From assembly GCA_964355655.1 (NCBI GenBank), contig CAYHDT010000002.1, forward strand, positions 15,598 to 79,597: 64,000 nt of DNA, in the 5' to 3' direction. Source of the stretch: an uncultured Candidatus Saccharibacteria bacterium. Lineage in GTDB: Bacteria; Patescibacteriota; Minisyncoccia; Phycocordibacterales; SBAW01. This document shows positions 28,090 through 37,694 of the stretch, in pieces. How positions within the stretch are numbered: the stretch's first letter is position 1; each line of letters starts with the position of its first letter. A model generated the notes under the pieces. It saw only the letters and a list, made by a program, of their open reading frames with translations, did no database searches and was not told the DNA's origin. Both the position numbers and the translations under genes were made by a program.

Positions 28090-29172
28090 GTGCAAACTCA
28101 AAATAATGACGCGGTGCTTTTGGTCAATACCGGCGATGGACGCTACGCGCGTTACTTTGCCGAACTTGGCCGAGCACTCGGCATGGTCTCGTCTTGGGCT
28201 AAGCAGTGGTCCGGAGGGACGCTTGACGCATCCCAACACACAGACTATCTGCGCGGCCTTGTAGCATGCTTTAACATGCTACAGAGCCGGTTCAATTTCG
28301 AGACCAGCGACCCACTCATGGTGGATCTGTCCAACTCCGGATTTCCGCACGGCTATATGTTGGCGCGGATAGCGGCAGATAGGGCGGAGGCAACAGCCGA
28401 GCATCTCAAAGGAGACGCTTTCGGTCCGACCCAGCTCAAGCAGGTCTTCTTAGACGACTTGTTTGCGAGCGGCTCGGTTAACCAAGCGCTGCTCAACAGG
28501 ATCGCGTGCGCCAAATATGCCGAGGTGGTAACCGCCATGGACGTGGCGTTCGACCCTCGGTTTATGTGCGGTAAACCGCAAAACGGGACCGCTGATAAGC
28601 GGTACCGACTGCAGTGGAGCACGTTCGACCCGGCGCTTAATCTGCCGGTGTTGTGCGGCATGATCTTCGAATACGGAGGGCTCGATTTAACCCGGACCCT
28701 TGAGGGATTGAAGCTCGTGCTTAAGTATGAGACCAAGGCCGGAGTCTCGGTCGCGGCGCTCGCGCACAACATCGACACCGGTGTTGCGGATATCCGCGTT
28801 ATTGCCCTTAGTCGGGCAATCATGGGTCCTCTGCATTTGCCCGGCCTTACCGATCAAAGCGCTCCGTGCGCATTACCGAGCGTCAAGCTCGGGGAGGATA
28901 TCGTGGTTGATATAACCGTCGATCATACTCATTCGGTAAGCATCAAAAAGCCGACCACGCTTGCGGTGCGGTTTGGAGTAAGTCCGGCCGAACAACAAGT
29001 GTACTCGATTCGCACCGCAGATCCGCTGTGCTACATGCGGGGAGCGGATGCGGTCGAACGTATCGTTATCCTGCCGCACCGCATGCTGCAAGGCATGTCT
29101 GCGGCGGACAAACAAGACAGCATGGGCGAGTTTACGCTCGTGCCTTACATCAAGGAAGGAGAACTTCAGTGA
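28090..29172 (+). CDS. Hypothetical protein (about 360 aa), first gene of a three-gene operon
   Basis: GTG start 8 nt after an AAAGGAAAAG RBS. No recognisable domain. Its stop overlaps the next start (GTGA). Confidence 0.5.
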   Translation: MQTQNNDAVLLVNTGDGRYARYFAELGRALGMVSSWAKQWSGGTLDASQHTDYLRGLVACFNMLQSRFNFETSDPLMVDLSNSGFPHGYMLARIAADRAEATAEHLKGDAFGPTQLKQVFLDDLFASGSVNQALLNRIACAKYAEVVTAMDVAFDPRFMCGKPQNGTADKRYRLQWSTFDPALNLPVLCGMIFEYGGLDLTRTLEGLKLVLKYETKAGVSVAALAHNIDTGVADIRVIALSRAIMGPLHLPGLTDQSAPCALPSVKLGEDIVVDITVDHTHSVSIKKPTTLAVRFGVSPAEQQVYSIRTADPLCYMRGADAVERIVILPHRMLQGMSAADKQDSMGEFTLVPYIKEGELQ

Positions 29173-31091
29173 ACGGGAGCTCACGAGTGGAGATCAAGGA
29201 GAAGCAAATCGCAGAAAAACTGCGTAATGCCGACTCCTTGGTAACGAAAGCGGAGTGGCAGCCGCGAGCAAGTGCTCCTCCTCCGGGGGAGTTACATCGC
29301 CAGCGGTTGCTCAACCAAGTGCAACCGATGCCCAGCGCCTCGCTCCAAGAGAGCCTCAAGCTTGTCCGCAAAGACGGCTCGGCTATCTTGGGCGGCATGG
29401 AACATCGAGTGCTGCATGGAGTCCGTCACGGCATCCAGATAGCTCTGGCTGCGGCGGACGAATATCGGCGTCTGACCGGCATCGATCAGATGGGCGACCT
29501 CTCAAACCTGAGTACGGATAAACGGTCCGAGATTCAGGACAAGATGCGCACTGCGTCAGCCATCGTGCTCTTTACGCTGGCGCGCTTCGTCGAGGAAGGT
29601 CTCGGTGAAGTCAGTGACGAGGACGCGCACCGGGAGCACGTAATGCTTCCGGAATGCGTCTTCGACGAGCCGATTACAGCCCTGCGCTGTATCATCTTCT
29701 ATCTGTGTGCCAACCTCGCACACCCGAAGGTTAACAACGACAAGGCCCTCGGGGCTACGGTAGGAGTCTTCTTCGAGAAGGTCATAAGCGAGATTGAAAC
29801 CCGCAAAGCGACCTTCATGCACCTCGAGCAGTTCCAAGCGATCTCATTCGGGGTCGAAGGGAGCGAGTTCACGATCGAGGGACTTGTGCGCCACGACACC
29901 GGTGTCGTGAGCGTGGAATTTAAACGGAAAGAGCTTTCCGAAAACGTCGGCAATGCCGACGCCAAGCACTTCATTCGGCGCCTTGCGCGCCGTTTGGTAA
30001 GCTATAATCCGAAAGAAAAGAAAAATGTCTTCATGGAATTGGGCGGTATTATGGACCCGTGGATGGGCTACGGCAAGCCGGGTACCGGCAAGTCGGACCT
30101 CATCGCGATCCTTGCGACCATGCTCGATGATCTGTGCAAGGCGCGTAAAATACCGTTCCTGTTCAATCCGTTGCCGGACAATCTGATCGATTCGTATCAG
30201 GGCAACTCGGCCCGAAACATGGTCAAGTGGATGCTGCAGATGCAGGCGACCGATAAGATCGTCTACGCATCTATCGACGACGCCGAAAACGTACTCGAGG
30301 AGAGGACCCGTCAGGGCGTCTCCGAAGGTGTGCGTGCCGTTATCGGAGTGTTCCTCCGCTATACGGAAGGCGCCTATGCGATACGCCGGGGCAACTCGAC
30401 GATCGGCATCATGACCAATCTGCCCGAGCAGCTCGACGCAGCCGTTCGCTCCCGGGTACAGGGACGGATGGTCATCGACGGCTTTAAAACTGTCGAGGAT
30501 GCGCTCGATCAGTCTCATCTGTGGTGGAAGAAGCGGTACGGCGGACAAGAAGGATTCGTAAATCTCAAGGACCCCACCGCTTACATGTATCAGAGCGCCC
30601 AAAAGGAGCTCAAATCCGCCGCCGAGGCAGCGCAGACCCGCGACTCTCCGGAGCACGGGATTATGAAAGATATCTTTGAGCGCGTGCTCAAGGAAAACGA
30701 CCCCGAAAGCCACGAGTTCATTGCAAAATGGATGGTGGCGGTCATGGAACGGTACCCCGCGTTCTCTTCGCGAGACATGCGGAATATCCACTCCGCGGTG
30801 GACCTTCGCGTCATGGATTTCGATATCCCCGACCGTTGGTTCGAACCCGCGACACTGGGTGAGTTTCATGACCAGCCGTACGAGCAACAGCTGGGGATGG
30901 TCAAAGAACTTCGCACCGCCAATATGAAGGGGCTGAAGTTTGGCGACATGCTCCGGCAGGAAAGCGTGCGGTATCTCGACAACTACGCTCTGATTGCCGA
31001 TGCGCAATTCGACCGCGAGGTCGACGAGCGCATCAAGCAAATCCGGATCGAGCAGGAAGTCGAAAGACGTCTGCGGCAAAAAGCCGCGTAA
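29169..31091 (+). CDS. Classical-clade AAA+ ATPase with a long N-terminal extension (about 640 aa)
   Basis: Walker A GYGKPGTGKS, Walker B IVYASIDDAE, sensor-1 IMTN, SRH-like LDAAVRSRVQGRMVIDGF. GTG start overlapping the upstream stop. Confidence 0.65.
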   Translation: MNGSSRVEIKEKQIAEKLRNADSLVTKAEWQPRASAPPPGELHRQRLLNQVQPMPSASLQESLKLVRKDGSAILGGMEHRVLHGVRHGIQIALAAADEYRRLTGIDQMGDLSNLSTDKRSEIQDKMRTASAIVLFTLARFVEEGLGEVSDEDAHREHVMLPECVFDEPITALRCIIFYLCANLAHPKVNNDKALGATVGVFFEKVISEIETRKATFMHLEQFQAISFGVEGSEFTIEGLVRHDTGVVSVEFKRKELSENVGNADAKHFIRRLARRLVSYNPKEKKNVFMELGGIMDPWMGYGKPGTGKSDLIAILATMLDDLCKARKIPFLFNPLPDNLIDSYQGNSARNMVKWMLQMQATDKIVYASIDDAENVLEERTRQGVSEGVRAVIGVFLRYTEGAYAIRRGNSTIGIMTNLPEQLDAAVRSRVQGRMVIDGFKTVEDALDQSHLWWKKRYGGQEGFVNLKDPTAYMYQSAQKELKSAAEAAQTRDSPEHGIMKDIFERVLKENDPESHEFIAKWMVAVMERYPAFSSRDMRNIHSAVDLRVMDFDIPDRWFEPATLGEFHDQPYEQQLGMVKELRTANMKGLKFGDMLRQESVRYLDNYALIADAQFDREVDERIKQIRIEQEVERRLRQKAA

Positions 31092-31106
31092 GAAAGGGAG
31101 CCAAGC

Positions 31107-32372
31107 ATGCCCATCATGCATGAGCTTATCGAAGCGGGGTTGTTCGGCCGGGGACTTATCCCGGTCGACAACCCGATTCTGGTGGCGCGCTACAACGCGT
31201 GCCTCAAGGACATGGGTCTTGTGCCCACGCGATTGAAGCGTTTCCAGCTCGACAAAATGGGCTGGAGCCCCGAAATAGCGGCCGAGCAAGGCCATGATTA
31301 TTATCTATCGCACGGGGACGCAAATCCTCTTGCGATAGTGTTGGTCCCCGAGCAGAGCAGCTCGAAAGTCCCCATCTATTATCCGTTCCACTCGTACGAT
31401 TGGGATCTGATGGGAGCCTGGGGTACCGCAAACCGGACACCTATCTTCGAGTTAACCAAGGACACGGCGATCTGGCTCGATATTGATCAAGAAGTTGATC
31501 TTTATCAGACGCCGGCAGATCTGCGCAGTGTATATGAAGTTATCGTGCGTGCACACACGCCCGACAACATCATCGGAAAAGCTATCGAACAGCGTGATCT
31601 GGTTACCGAGTTCATCCGCAAGGAGGATTCGCATCAGGATATGGCGCTGATCGAGAAAATCCGGGATAGCCGCGAACGGGTCGGGGACCTCCAAAACCGG
31701 AGTCTCATAATCCGAGACTACACTTTTACCGACGTGCGCAACTTCTACTCGCGTGCGTTCGGCGGAGTGTTCGTACTCCGTTCTAGAGACGGCGAGGCTC
31801 TAATCTTCTGCCGCGACCCGAAGGTCGCCAAGAAGCATGGTCTCCTCGTGGCAAACACGAGCGCGCTCGATACGCTTATCGAACACGGGTATGCCGAGCG
31901 AGATACCGCCTGGTGGAGGGACAATCTCTATCGCCTGCGGATCATTGCGGAGTCGTTTCTGATGGAGGTGCTGGACGAAGAGGAACCGGAACTTGAGTTT
32001 CTCTCGCTTAATCGGGCGGAACAAAAGGCCGTCGTTCAAAAGTACGGTGACCAGCTCGGGATGTATGTGCAGCTCAACCGCTTAATTCGAACACTCGAGC
32101 AAGGCAAAGAACCTGCTGCGGTGCCGCCGGCAGTGGCCGACCTTCTGGTGCATCCGTCTCATGACCTGACTCCCGTATCGCGGGAAGTCGTGGGACAACT
32201 GCTTTCGTATATTTACGGCGGCAGGCTGGTACCGCTCTTCTACAGGCACCAGAAGACGGCGTTCGTCTCCAAGTACACACGGGTTTGGAAGACCCCTCGC
32301 AGACAGTGGGCCCTGGAACGCATCCGGGAGCACTACGATCTCGCAAGCAAGTCCTCCAACATCCCTTCGTAG
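31107..32372 (+). CDS. Hypothetical protein (421 aa), last gene of the operon
   Basis: AAGGGAG RBS. A weak GxxG...LDID arrangement, not convincing as a nucleotidyltransferase. Confidence 0.5.
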   Translation: MPIMHELIEAGLFGRGLIPVDNPILVARYNACLKDMGLVPTRLKRFQLDKMGWSPEIAAEQGHDYYLSHGDANPLAIVLVPEQSSSKVPIYYPFHSYDWDLMGAWGTANRTPIFELTKDTAIWLDIDQEVDLYQTPADLRSVYEVIVRAHTPDNIIGKAIEQRDLVTEFIRKEDSHQDMALIEKIRDSRERVGDLQNRSLIIRDYTFTDVRNFYSRAFGGVFVLRSRDGEALIFCRDPKVAKKHGLLVANTSALDTLIEHGYAERDTAWWRDNLYRLRIIAESFLMEVLDEEEPELEFLSLNRAEQKAVVQKYGDQLGMYVQLNRLIRTLEQGKEPAAVPPAVADLLVHPSHDLTPVSREVVGQLLSYIYGGRLVPLFYRHQKTAFVSKYTRVWKTPRRQWALERIREHYDLASKSSNIPS

Positions 32373-32394
32373 TTCTTTCGTTCCAACAGTCAAA

Positions 32395-32426
32395 CATGGA
32401 AGGTACCCCCTTCCATGTTTTTTTAT
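32395..32426 (+). terminator. Intrinsic terminator
   Basis: CATGGAAGG-taccc-CCTTCCATG followed by TTTTTTTAT. Confidence 0.75.
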
Positions 32427-32511
32427 TATATGGTATAATTGAGGCAGACTAGAAAGCCCAAAAAAGGCTTACGGCTCTTCAAAATATCAAACTCTCACAA
32501 GGAGAAATACG

Positions 32512-33114
32512 ATGATGCTTGCAGCTTTCGGTGCATGGTTTGCCAGTTACTTGGCACCGCTATTGGTGGTGTTTATGGTCGCAGGAGCGATCCTTGAGAT
32601 CGCGGACCGCTATATTGGCGTTCCGTTCTACCGATGGTACTACAACCGCGGCGACACTCACGGGAAACCGATGCCCGTCGACCAGATGGGCTTCTTCTAC
32701 GGCCGCACACTCAAACAGCAGCACAACCGCGCTCTGTTTCTGTCGGCCGCTCAAAGCGTGCTGGCAGTTTCCTTCGGCAATTACACGCCGTGGGAGATTG
32801 TCGCAGAAATTCCCGCTCTCTTTTTGGAGGGATGGTTCCTGGTTCCGGGCCTGTGGCTCGGAGACAAGATTTTTGTCCACGTCATCAGGCGACAGGATAA
32901 AATCTTCGATGCTCTCGACCACAGGGAGGAAACCGTCAAAAACCTGTTCTCATGGGTGCTTGGCCTTTCTTCGAAATTCCGGAGCATCATTCCAGCGACA
33001 AAGCCTGTCGAGCAACCTCAGCCGCCTGCGTCCGAGGTCACCTCGGCGCCGGCAAAGCCCACGCGGAACATGAGCGCAAAGAGCGTTCTGCAACGTCATT
33101 CCGACGGGAGATAG
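32512..33114 (+). CDS. Membrane protein (200 aa), hypothetical
   Basis: 3-4 TM helices. Pro/Ala-rich C-terminus. Confidence 0.5.
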   Translation: MMLAAFGAWFASYLAPLLVVFMVAGAILEIADRYIGVPFYRWYYNRGDTHGKPMPVDQMGFFYGRTLKQQHNRALFLSAAQSVLAVSFGNYTPWEIVAEIPALFLEGWFLVPGLWLGDKIFVHVIRRQDKIFDALDHREETVKNLFSWVLGLSSKFRSIIPATKPVEQPQPPASEVTSAPAKPTRNMSAKSVLQRHSDGR

Positions 33115-33117
33115 ATG

Positions 33118-34820
33118 TGAACAAAACTGCGCTCGATACCACCGACTGGGAATGGCGCAAGCCGTCTTTCAGAGTCTTTCTTGAAAGTCTCTGGGACGAC
33201 TTCGTGGAATTTCTGCGAAGCAAGTCCTGGCGCGAGTGGCACTGGGGGCTGCGGCTCGCTGTCGCAATACTCATACCGGCCGCTATCGTCAGCGTCTATA
33301 TCTTCCGTTATCTCTGGGAGCCGTATGCATTCTTCGTTCCGCGCATCTATGCCGGAGCGGGTTTACTGGCTCTCGTCTTGACGGTGGGTTGTTGGTTTGG
33401 GATCGGCACCTTCGTTGGGTGGCTGTTTCCTTCATCAAAAGTGCTTGTGCGATATTTGCGGCCGGTCGGAGCCTTGCTCGGGCTGGTGCTCGTACTATCC
33501 GGAGCCGGCTACGCAAAGCCGCTTCATACCTTCTTCTCGCAGTACTGGCGCTTTCAGACGTTGAACATAGTCGAGCCAAAGGTCGACCCTTTGACCGACC
33601 ATGAGCGCATCTGGTCGCTGGACGGAATTCAAACTTTTGTCCGCCGGCAGATGCGTGATACCGAAACGCCTTCGAAAGCACACCTCGTGCGCGAGGGCAG
33701 TGGGTACAACTGGACGATGGGCATCGAGCCCACGACCTGGCTGTTGCAGTACTGGGACCCTGTCGAGGAGGTGGTCAGGATACGTGCCGACATCACCTCC
33801 TTTGATCTGCATCGCGGCAGAAATGCCCGCTTTGCAACGGGGGAGAGCCTCAAGTTCTCGCGCAACATCTACACCTGCGTACAGAGGCGCTTCTGGTTTT
33901 GGAATTCCTTCAGCCACGAAGTCGCCCGCACTACCATGTATCTGAAAAATGATACAGGGAAAGAGGTGCAGGTGGTGCCCATTACTCGTTGGGCGGGCTG
34001 GGCTTTCCCCCGGCGGGAGTTTGGCGGCGTTATGGTCATCGATGAAACTCCTGAGCGGTCCTGGCTGGGTGAGCGTCTCGAAACTCTGAAAAGAGTCTTT
34101 TGGGGATGCGGCACCTGGGTTGGTCCCGACCAAATTGCCTCGTACCTGTACCTCGTGGGCCAAAATCTGGTACCCTTCGAGGTGACCCGCGACATGGCGG
34201 CGAGTCTGCGCTTTAGAAACGGTTTCTTTGCGCCGACTTGGTTTAGGAGAGAGGGTGATATCCGCATCGCGGACATGCCCGACGATCAAAACGAGCAGCC
34301 CTTTACTCTCTTCTTCCACATCCGGAACGACGAGGGCAAGGTGGTTGCTTCGAAGCTTTTCCAGTATGTGGCACTCGAGCCGTACGACTCTGCACACCAG
34401 GGTCACGCGGCCGAGTTTCTGCATCCCGGAGACGGCATCGGGCCGTCGTACGTATTCCAATTTTTCGGCGAGCGGGAGTCGCTTACAGGCGTCACCGCGG
34501 TGCCGGGATGGGTACGGTCGTCAAGGCGGAACTACGATTGGCCAACCAATCTGCCCAATGAGCACCGGCCGTATATCAAGGATATCCCGGACTCTAACGG
34601 CACCGTCAAGACGCGGCGCATGTGGCTGACGGCGGTTGTGACGATTGATAAGGAAAAGTACGACAAGAAGGATCCGAAAGGGTTCATCACCGGCAGTCCG
34701 GATATTGTCATCACCGATGCGCGAAAAAACAAATCGGTGTGGGTCAAGAGTGACAACCCGAAAGACTGGCCGGAGCAGCTGCACAAGGAACTTGGTCCGA
34801 TTTGGGCCGAGAAGCCCTGA
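33118..34820 (+). CDS. Large membrane-anchored hypothetical protein (about 567 aa)
   Basis: GTG start immediately after the upstream stop (TAGATGTG). The alternative ATG 32952 would overlap the upstream gene by 160 nt. Three N-terminal TM helices, then a Trp-rich soluble domain. Confidence 0.45.
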
Positions 34821-34856
34821 AAGCGCAAAGTTCTTTCGTCCGACCTCAAACAGCTG

Positions 34857-34888
34857 GGCGCCTCTACCAAGAGGCGCCTTTTTCTTTT
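34857..34888 (+). terminator. Intrinsic terminator
   Basis: GGCGCCTCtaccaaGAGGCGCC followed by TTTTTCTTTT. Confidence 0.7.
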
Positions 34889-34962
34889 CCTTCAAACGCT
34901 TGTGATTATACGAATTTCTTGTATAATATTTTTAGACGTCATCGTTATTTTAAGGGGGCCAA

Positions 34963-35943
34963 ATGGACTATAGCCAAGGCGGTTTTGAGCGCAACGGGTC
35001 GATATTCCGGCACTTGCGGCTTAAAAAAGAGATGCTCCAACATGCCGACGCCGGCCATCGGGAAATTCGCCCTGTCCTGCTTGGACTGTCAGGAGTTTTC
35101 CGCGGCGTGCGATGCGGGGCACAGCTGAAAGTGCTGCACGACCATGGATACAATGACTCGTTCGACCATGCAGTTGCGGTCTCGACGAGCGCTCCGGCCA
35201 TCGGCTACTCGCTTGCCGGCCAGCCAGCTTTGGGGTTGAGCATTTACTGGGACGAATGCCTTTCGGGCAAATTCATACCCACCCACTATTCGCAGCTGCC
35301 GTGGGAGGTCTTGAAGATGTTTTGGACGAAAGGCAAAGATCCGCTTATGGATATCGAGTATCTTTGCGACGTCTTCCGCGGCAAGGTGTCTAACAAAGCG
35401 CTCGACCAAGAAGCCGCGCGGCGATGCCGTACCCGTTTTTCTGTGGCGGTCACCCGCTGCAACGACGGGGAAGGGATGTTGCTGGACGCTAAAAAAACCA
35501 ATCCGGACATGGTCGAGGCTATCCGAGCTTCGATTGCGGTGCCGGGGGTATCTAATGGCAAGGTGCGCATTGACGGAGTCGAATATATCGACGGCGTCGG
35601 TGCGATGCCCTTCCCGATAGAGCTTATCTTGCGAGAATTGGATCCGACGGATATTTTGGTTTTGGCCAACCGCGCGGAAGACGAGAGTATCCATCTTGTC
35701 GAGCACTTGCTTACCAGTCTGGCGCTCCATTCGGAAGTTGCGCGCGTGCAGGAAGAATTTAGCACGCGCGAAATCCGCTTTGCTCAGAGCCTCGAGCTTT
35801 TGCGCAATTGGAAAGGCCGGTGGGGAATCGTGTGGTGTCCGCCGGATCTTCACGCGGTTGAAGTCAACCCCGACAAGCTCCAGCGCGCGGCAAAAGAAGC
35901 GGAGAGTATTATGACTACACTTTTGCGCCACGAAACTCAGTAA
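34963..35943 (+). CDS. Patatin-like phospholipase (divergent motifs)
   Basis: SGVFRGV (GGxRG-like), AVSTSAPAIG (GxSxG-like with a central Ser), and YIDGVGA (catalytic DGG-like) in the canonical order and spacing. Confidence 0.5.
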   Translation: MDYSQGGFERNGSIFRHLRLKKEMLQHADAGHREIRPVLLGLSGVFRGVRCGAQLKVLHDHGYNDSFDHAVAVSTSAPAIGYSLAGQPALGLSIYWDECLSGKFIPTHYSQLPWEVLKMFWTKGKDPLMDIEYLCDVFRGKVSNKALDQEAARRCRTRFSVAVTRCNDGEGMLLDAKKTNPDMVEAIRASIAVPGVSNGKVRIDGVEYIDGVGAMPFPIELILRELDPTDILVLANRAEDESIHLVEHLLTSLALHSEVARVQEEFSTREIRFAQSLELLRNWKGRWGIVWCPPDLHAVEVNPDKLQRAAKEAESIMTTLLRHETQ

Positions 35944-35953
35944 TTAATATGTA

Positions 35954-35980
35954 TGGCGTCCTCACGGACGCCATTTCTTT
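35954..35980 (+). terminator. Intrinsic terminator
   Basis: TGGCGTCCtcacGGACGCCA followed by TTTCTTT. Confidence 0.6.
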
Positions 35981-35993
35981 ATCCGGAAAGGCA

Positions 35994-36022
35994 TTGACAA
36001 AATAGGCTATAAGTCCTATAAA
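35994..36022 (+). promoter_or_regulatory. Sigma-70-like promoter TTGACA-N17-TATAAA
   Basis: Consensus -35 and near-consensus -10, about 50 nt upstream of ATG 36073, with an AAGGGAG RBS. Confidence 0.45.
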
Positions 36023-36072
36023 GGCAGGGGTATAGTCGCGCCTAAACGGGGCGCAGCACAAGGGAGATTTAG

Positions 36073-36594
36073 ATGTTGGACGTCAAGGAAGTCAAGAGAA
36101 CTTGGGAGAGCAACCCCATCTTTTGGACCATTGTGGCCGTCGTCGGCACCGTGCTCACGGTCATTCTGGTGAAATGGTTTATCAGCATCCTCTGGGCCGT
36201 TATCGGATACGTCTTCGGGTTCGGTATCTTTGGCATCGCACTCTATGCCTTGGATTTCCACACCTTCGGATTCCTCGGCCGGCGCCAGCGGCGCATCTAT
36301 GTCGCCGGCGGCATCGCCGTCCTCTGGGCCGGCCTGGCCTCGTCGAGCCTGCTGAGCTTCCAGTTCGCGGAGAACATTATTCTTGCGTTCTGGAGCACCT
36401 TCATCATGTTCGTGGCCTTCAGCATCGGCGCGATGATCATGAAAAATCGCGACACCATCGTGAGTCGGTTCGATGATGTCGTTCAGCGGCGCGCGAAGCC
36501 GCTGGATGTGCTCAAAGAAGCCGCCGACGCGACGAAGTCTTCGGTCAAGGGTGGGGTCGATGACGCCCGCAAGGCGACTTTCGGCAAAAACTAG
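36073..36594 (+). CDS. Membrane protein (173 aa), hypothetical
   Basis: 4 TM helices. The antisense acidic low-complexity ORF is rejected. Confidence 0.5.
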   Translation: MLDVKEVKRTWESNPIFWTIVAVVGTVLTVILVKWFISILWAVIGYVFGFGIFGIALYALDFHTFGFLGRRQRRIYVAGGIAVLWAGLASSSLLSFQFAENIILAFWSTFIMFVAFSIGAMIMKNRDTIVSRFDDVVQRRAKPLDVLKEAADATKSSVKGGVDDARKATFGKN

Positions 36595-36600
36595 TTTGAC

Positions 36601-36629
36601 GCCCCGCACACTGCGGGGCTTTTTCTTTT
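36601..36629 (+). terminator. Intrinsic terminator
   Basis: GCCCCGCAcactGCGGGGC followed by TTTTTCTTTT. Confidence 0.7.
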
Positions 36630-36681
36630 GTGGGGGCGGCGTATTCCGGGTTTCGCCAAAGGCGGTGCTATACTTTTACTA

Positions 36682-37671
36682 ATGACACCACTCTTCGGCA
36701 AAAAGAAAGGGGCCCAACAAGAACGGACGGTGCTTATTCTTGATATCGAAAACGGGAGTGCCGGCAGCGCGCTTGTGCGGGTGTCGCCCGGCAAGCAGCC
36801 AAAGCTCTTCGGCGAAATACGCGGCTATACGCCGCTTGGTTTTCGCGTCACGGGCGCGACCCTCTCCGGGGATATCGAGCGGGCCGCAACTTCCGCTATA
36901 CGCAACGCCGGCGCGGTTGCCGGCCGTCTCCGCAACACAACGGCGGGCGAGGCGCGGACAAAAGAGCTGCGGGACATGGGCACCATCGACACCGTAGCTG
37001 TTTTTTTGGCGCCGCCGTGGGGCAAACCAAACCTTGAGGCCGGGCAACCTGACTTTATGCCGGAAATGTCGCAGTATCTGCGCACCGAGCTGCAAAGCGT
37101 AGTCGATGACGCCCCTGTTTCTTTTTATACCGCCGCGGGCGCAGCCGCTTTTGGCACGCGCGCGCTGTTTGCTCCCGAACCCTGTTTAGTCTGCAGCGTT
37201 ACCGGCGAGGTTTCGGAATTATTGCGCATGGACGGCCATGGGGTACGGGCGCATGCCACTATCCCGACCGGTTTGCACTCATTGTTGCGCACCTTGCGCA
37301 CGCACGGCGGCCTTTCGGAGGAGGAAGCTCGTTCTGTGGCTAAACTCCCTTTTAACACCGGACATCCCGCCGCCGAGGCTGCGCGCAGCGCGGCGTCCGA
37401 GTTTGCCGGCCATTTTAAAGATGCCGCCAAAGAGCTGCTCGGCCCCGGAGACGTATTGCGGGTGCGCATTATAGCGCATGAGCCGGCGGGTGAATGGTTT
37501 GCGCAAGCTCTTTCTGCCGACGAATCTCTCTCTGAGCTGTTTCCTCACGGCGGGGAAGTACGCGCGGTCAGATCTCATCATTTAACTCCGCACATCGAAG
37601 CGCGTGCCGAAACACCCGACTTAGCGCTGTTGCTCGAAGCTCTGTTTGTGGACAATCATTTTAATAACTAG
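36682..37671 (+). CDS. Hypothetical protein; possible actin-fold ATPase (PilM/FtsA-like phosphate-1 motif)
   Basis: TVLILDIENGSAGSALVRV resembles the DxGxxxxK/R phosphate-1 motif of PilM/FtsA. Weak. Confidence 0.35.
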   Translation: MTPLFGKKKGAQQERTVLILDIENGSAGSALVRVSPGKQPKLFGEIRGYTPLGFRVTGATLSGDIERAATSAIRNAGAVAGRLRNTTAGEARTKELRDMGTIDTVAVFLAPPWGKPNLEAGQPDFMPEMSQYLRTELQSVVDDAPVSFYTAAGAAAFGTRALFAPEPCLVCSVTGEVSELLRMDGHGVRAHATIPTGLHSLLRTLRTHGGLSEEEARSVAKLPFNTGHPAAEAARSAASEFAGHFKDAAKELLGPGDVLRVRIIAHEPAGEWFAQALSADESLSELFPHGGEVRAVRSHHLTPHIEARAETPDLALLLEALFVDNHFNN

Positions 37672-37694
37672 CAATGCAGGTATAATCAAAATAT

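Noticed and set aside
29844-31295. 483 aa ORF antisense to the AAA+ ATPase gene
   Set aside because: The + strand has Walker A, Walker B and SRH motifs. The antisense product is Leu/Arg/Val-rich.
31204-31440. Gene 31107-32372 as a cGAS/DncV-like nucleotidyltransferase, which would make the AAA operon CBASS-like with the patatin effector
   Set aside because: The GxxG...LDID spacing (about 20 aa) and the absence of a clear GS motif do not fit the Pol-beta NTase core. No HORMA-like partner was recognised.
33495-34460. 321 aa antisense ORF inside the 33118-34820 gene
   Set aside because: Shadow-ORF composition. The + strand ORF is longer and operonic with the upstream membrane gene.
34570-34585. 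Extra occurrence of TCTAACGG inside the 33118-34820 CDS
   Set aside because: It lacks the GGGA extension and any partner arm. Not a copy of the palindromic element.
36016-36609. 197 aa acidic ORF antisense to the membrane protein gene
   Set aside because: Asp/Glu/Gly low complexity. The + strand gene has a promoter, an RBS and a terminator.
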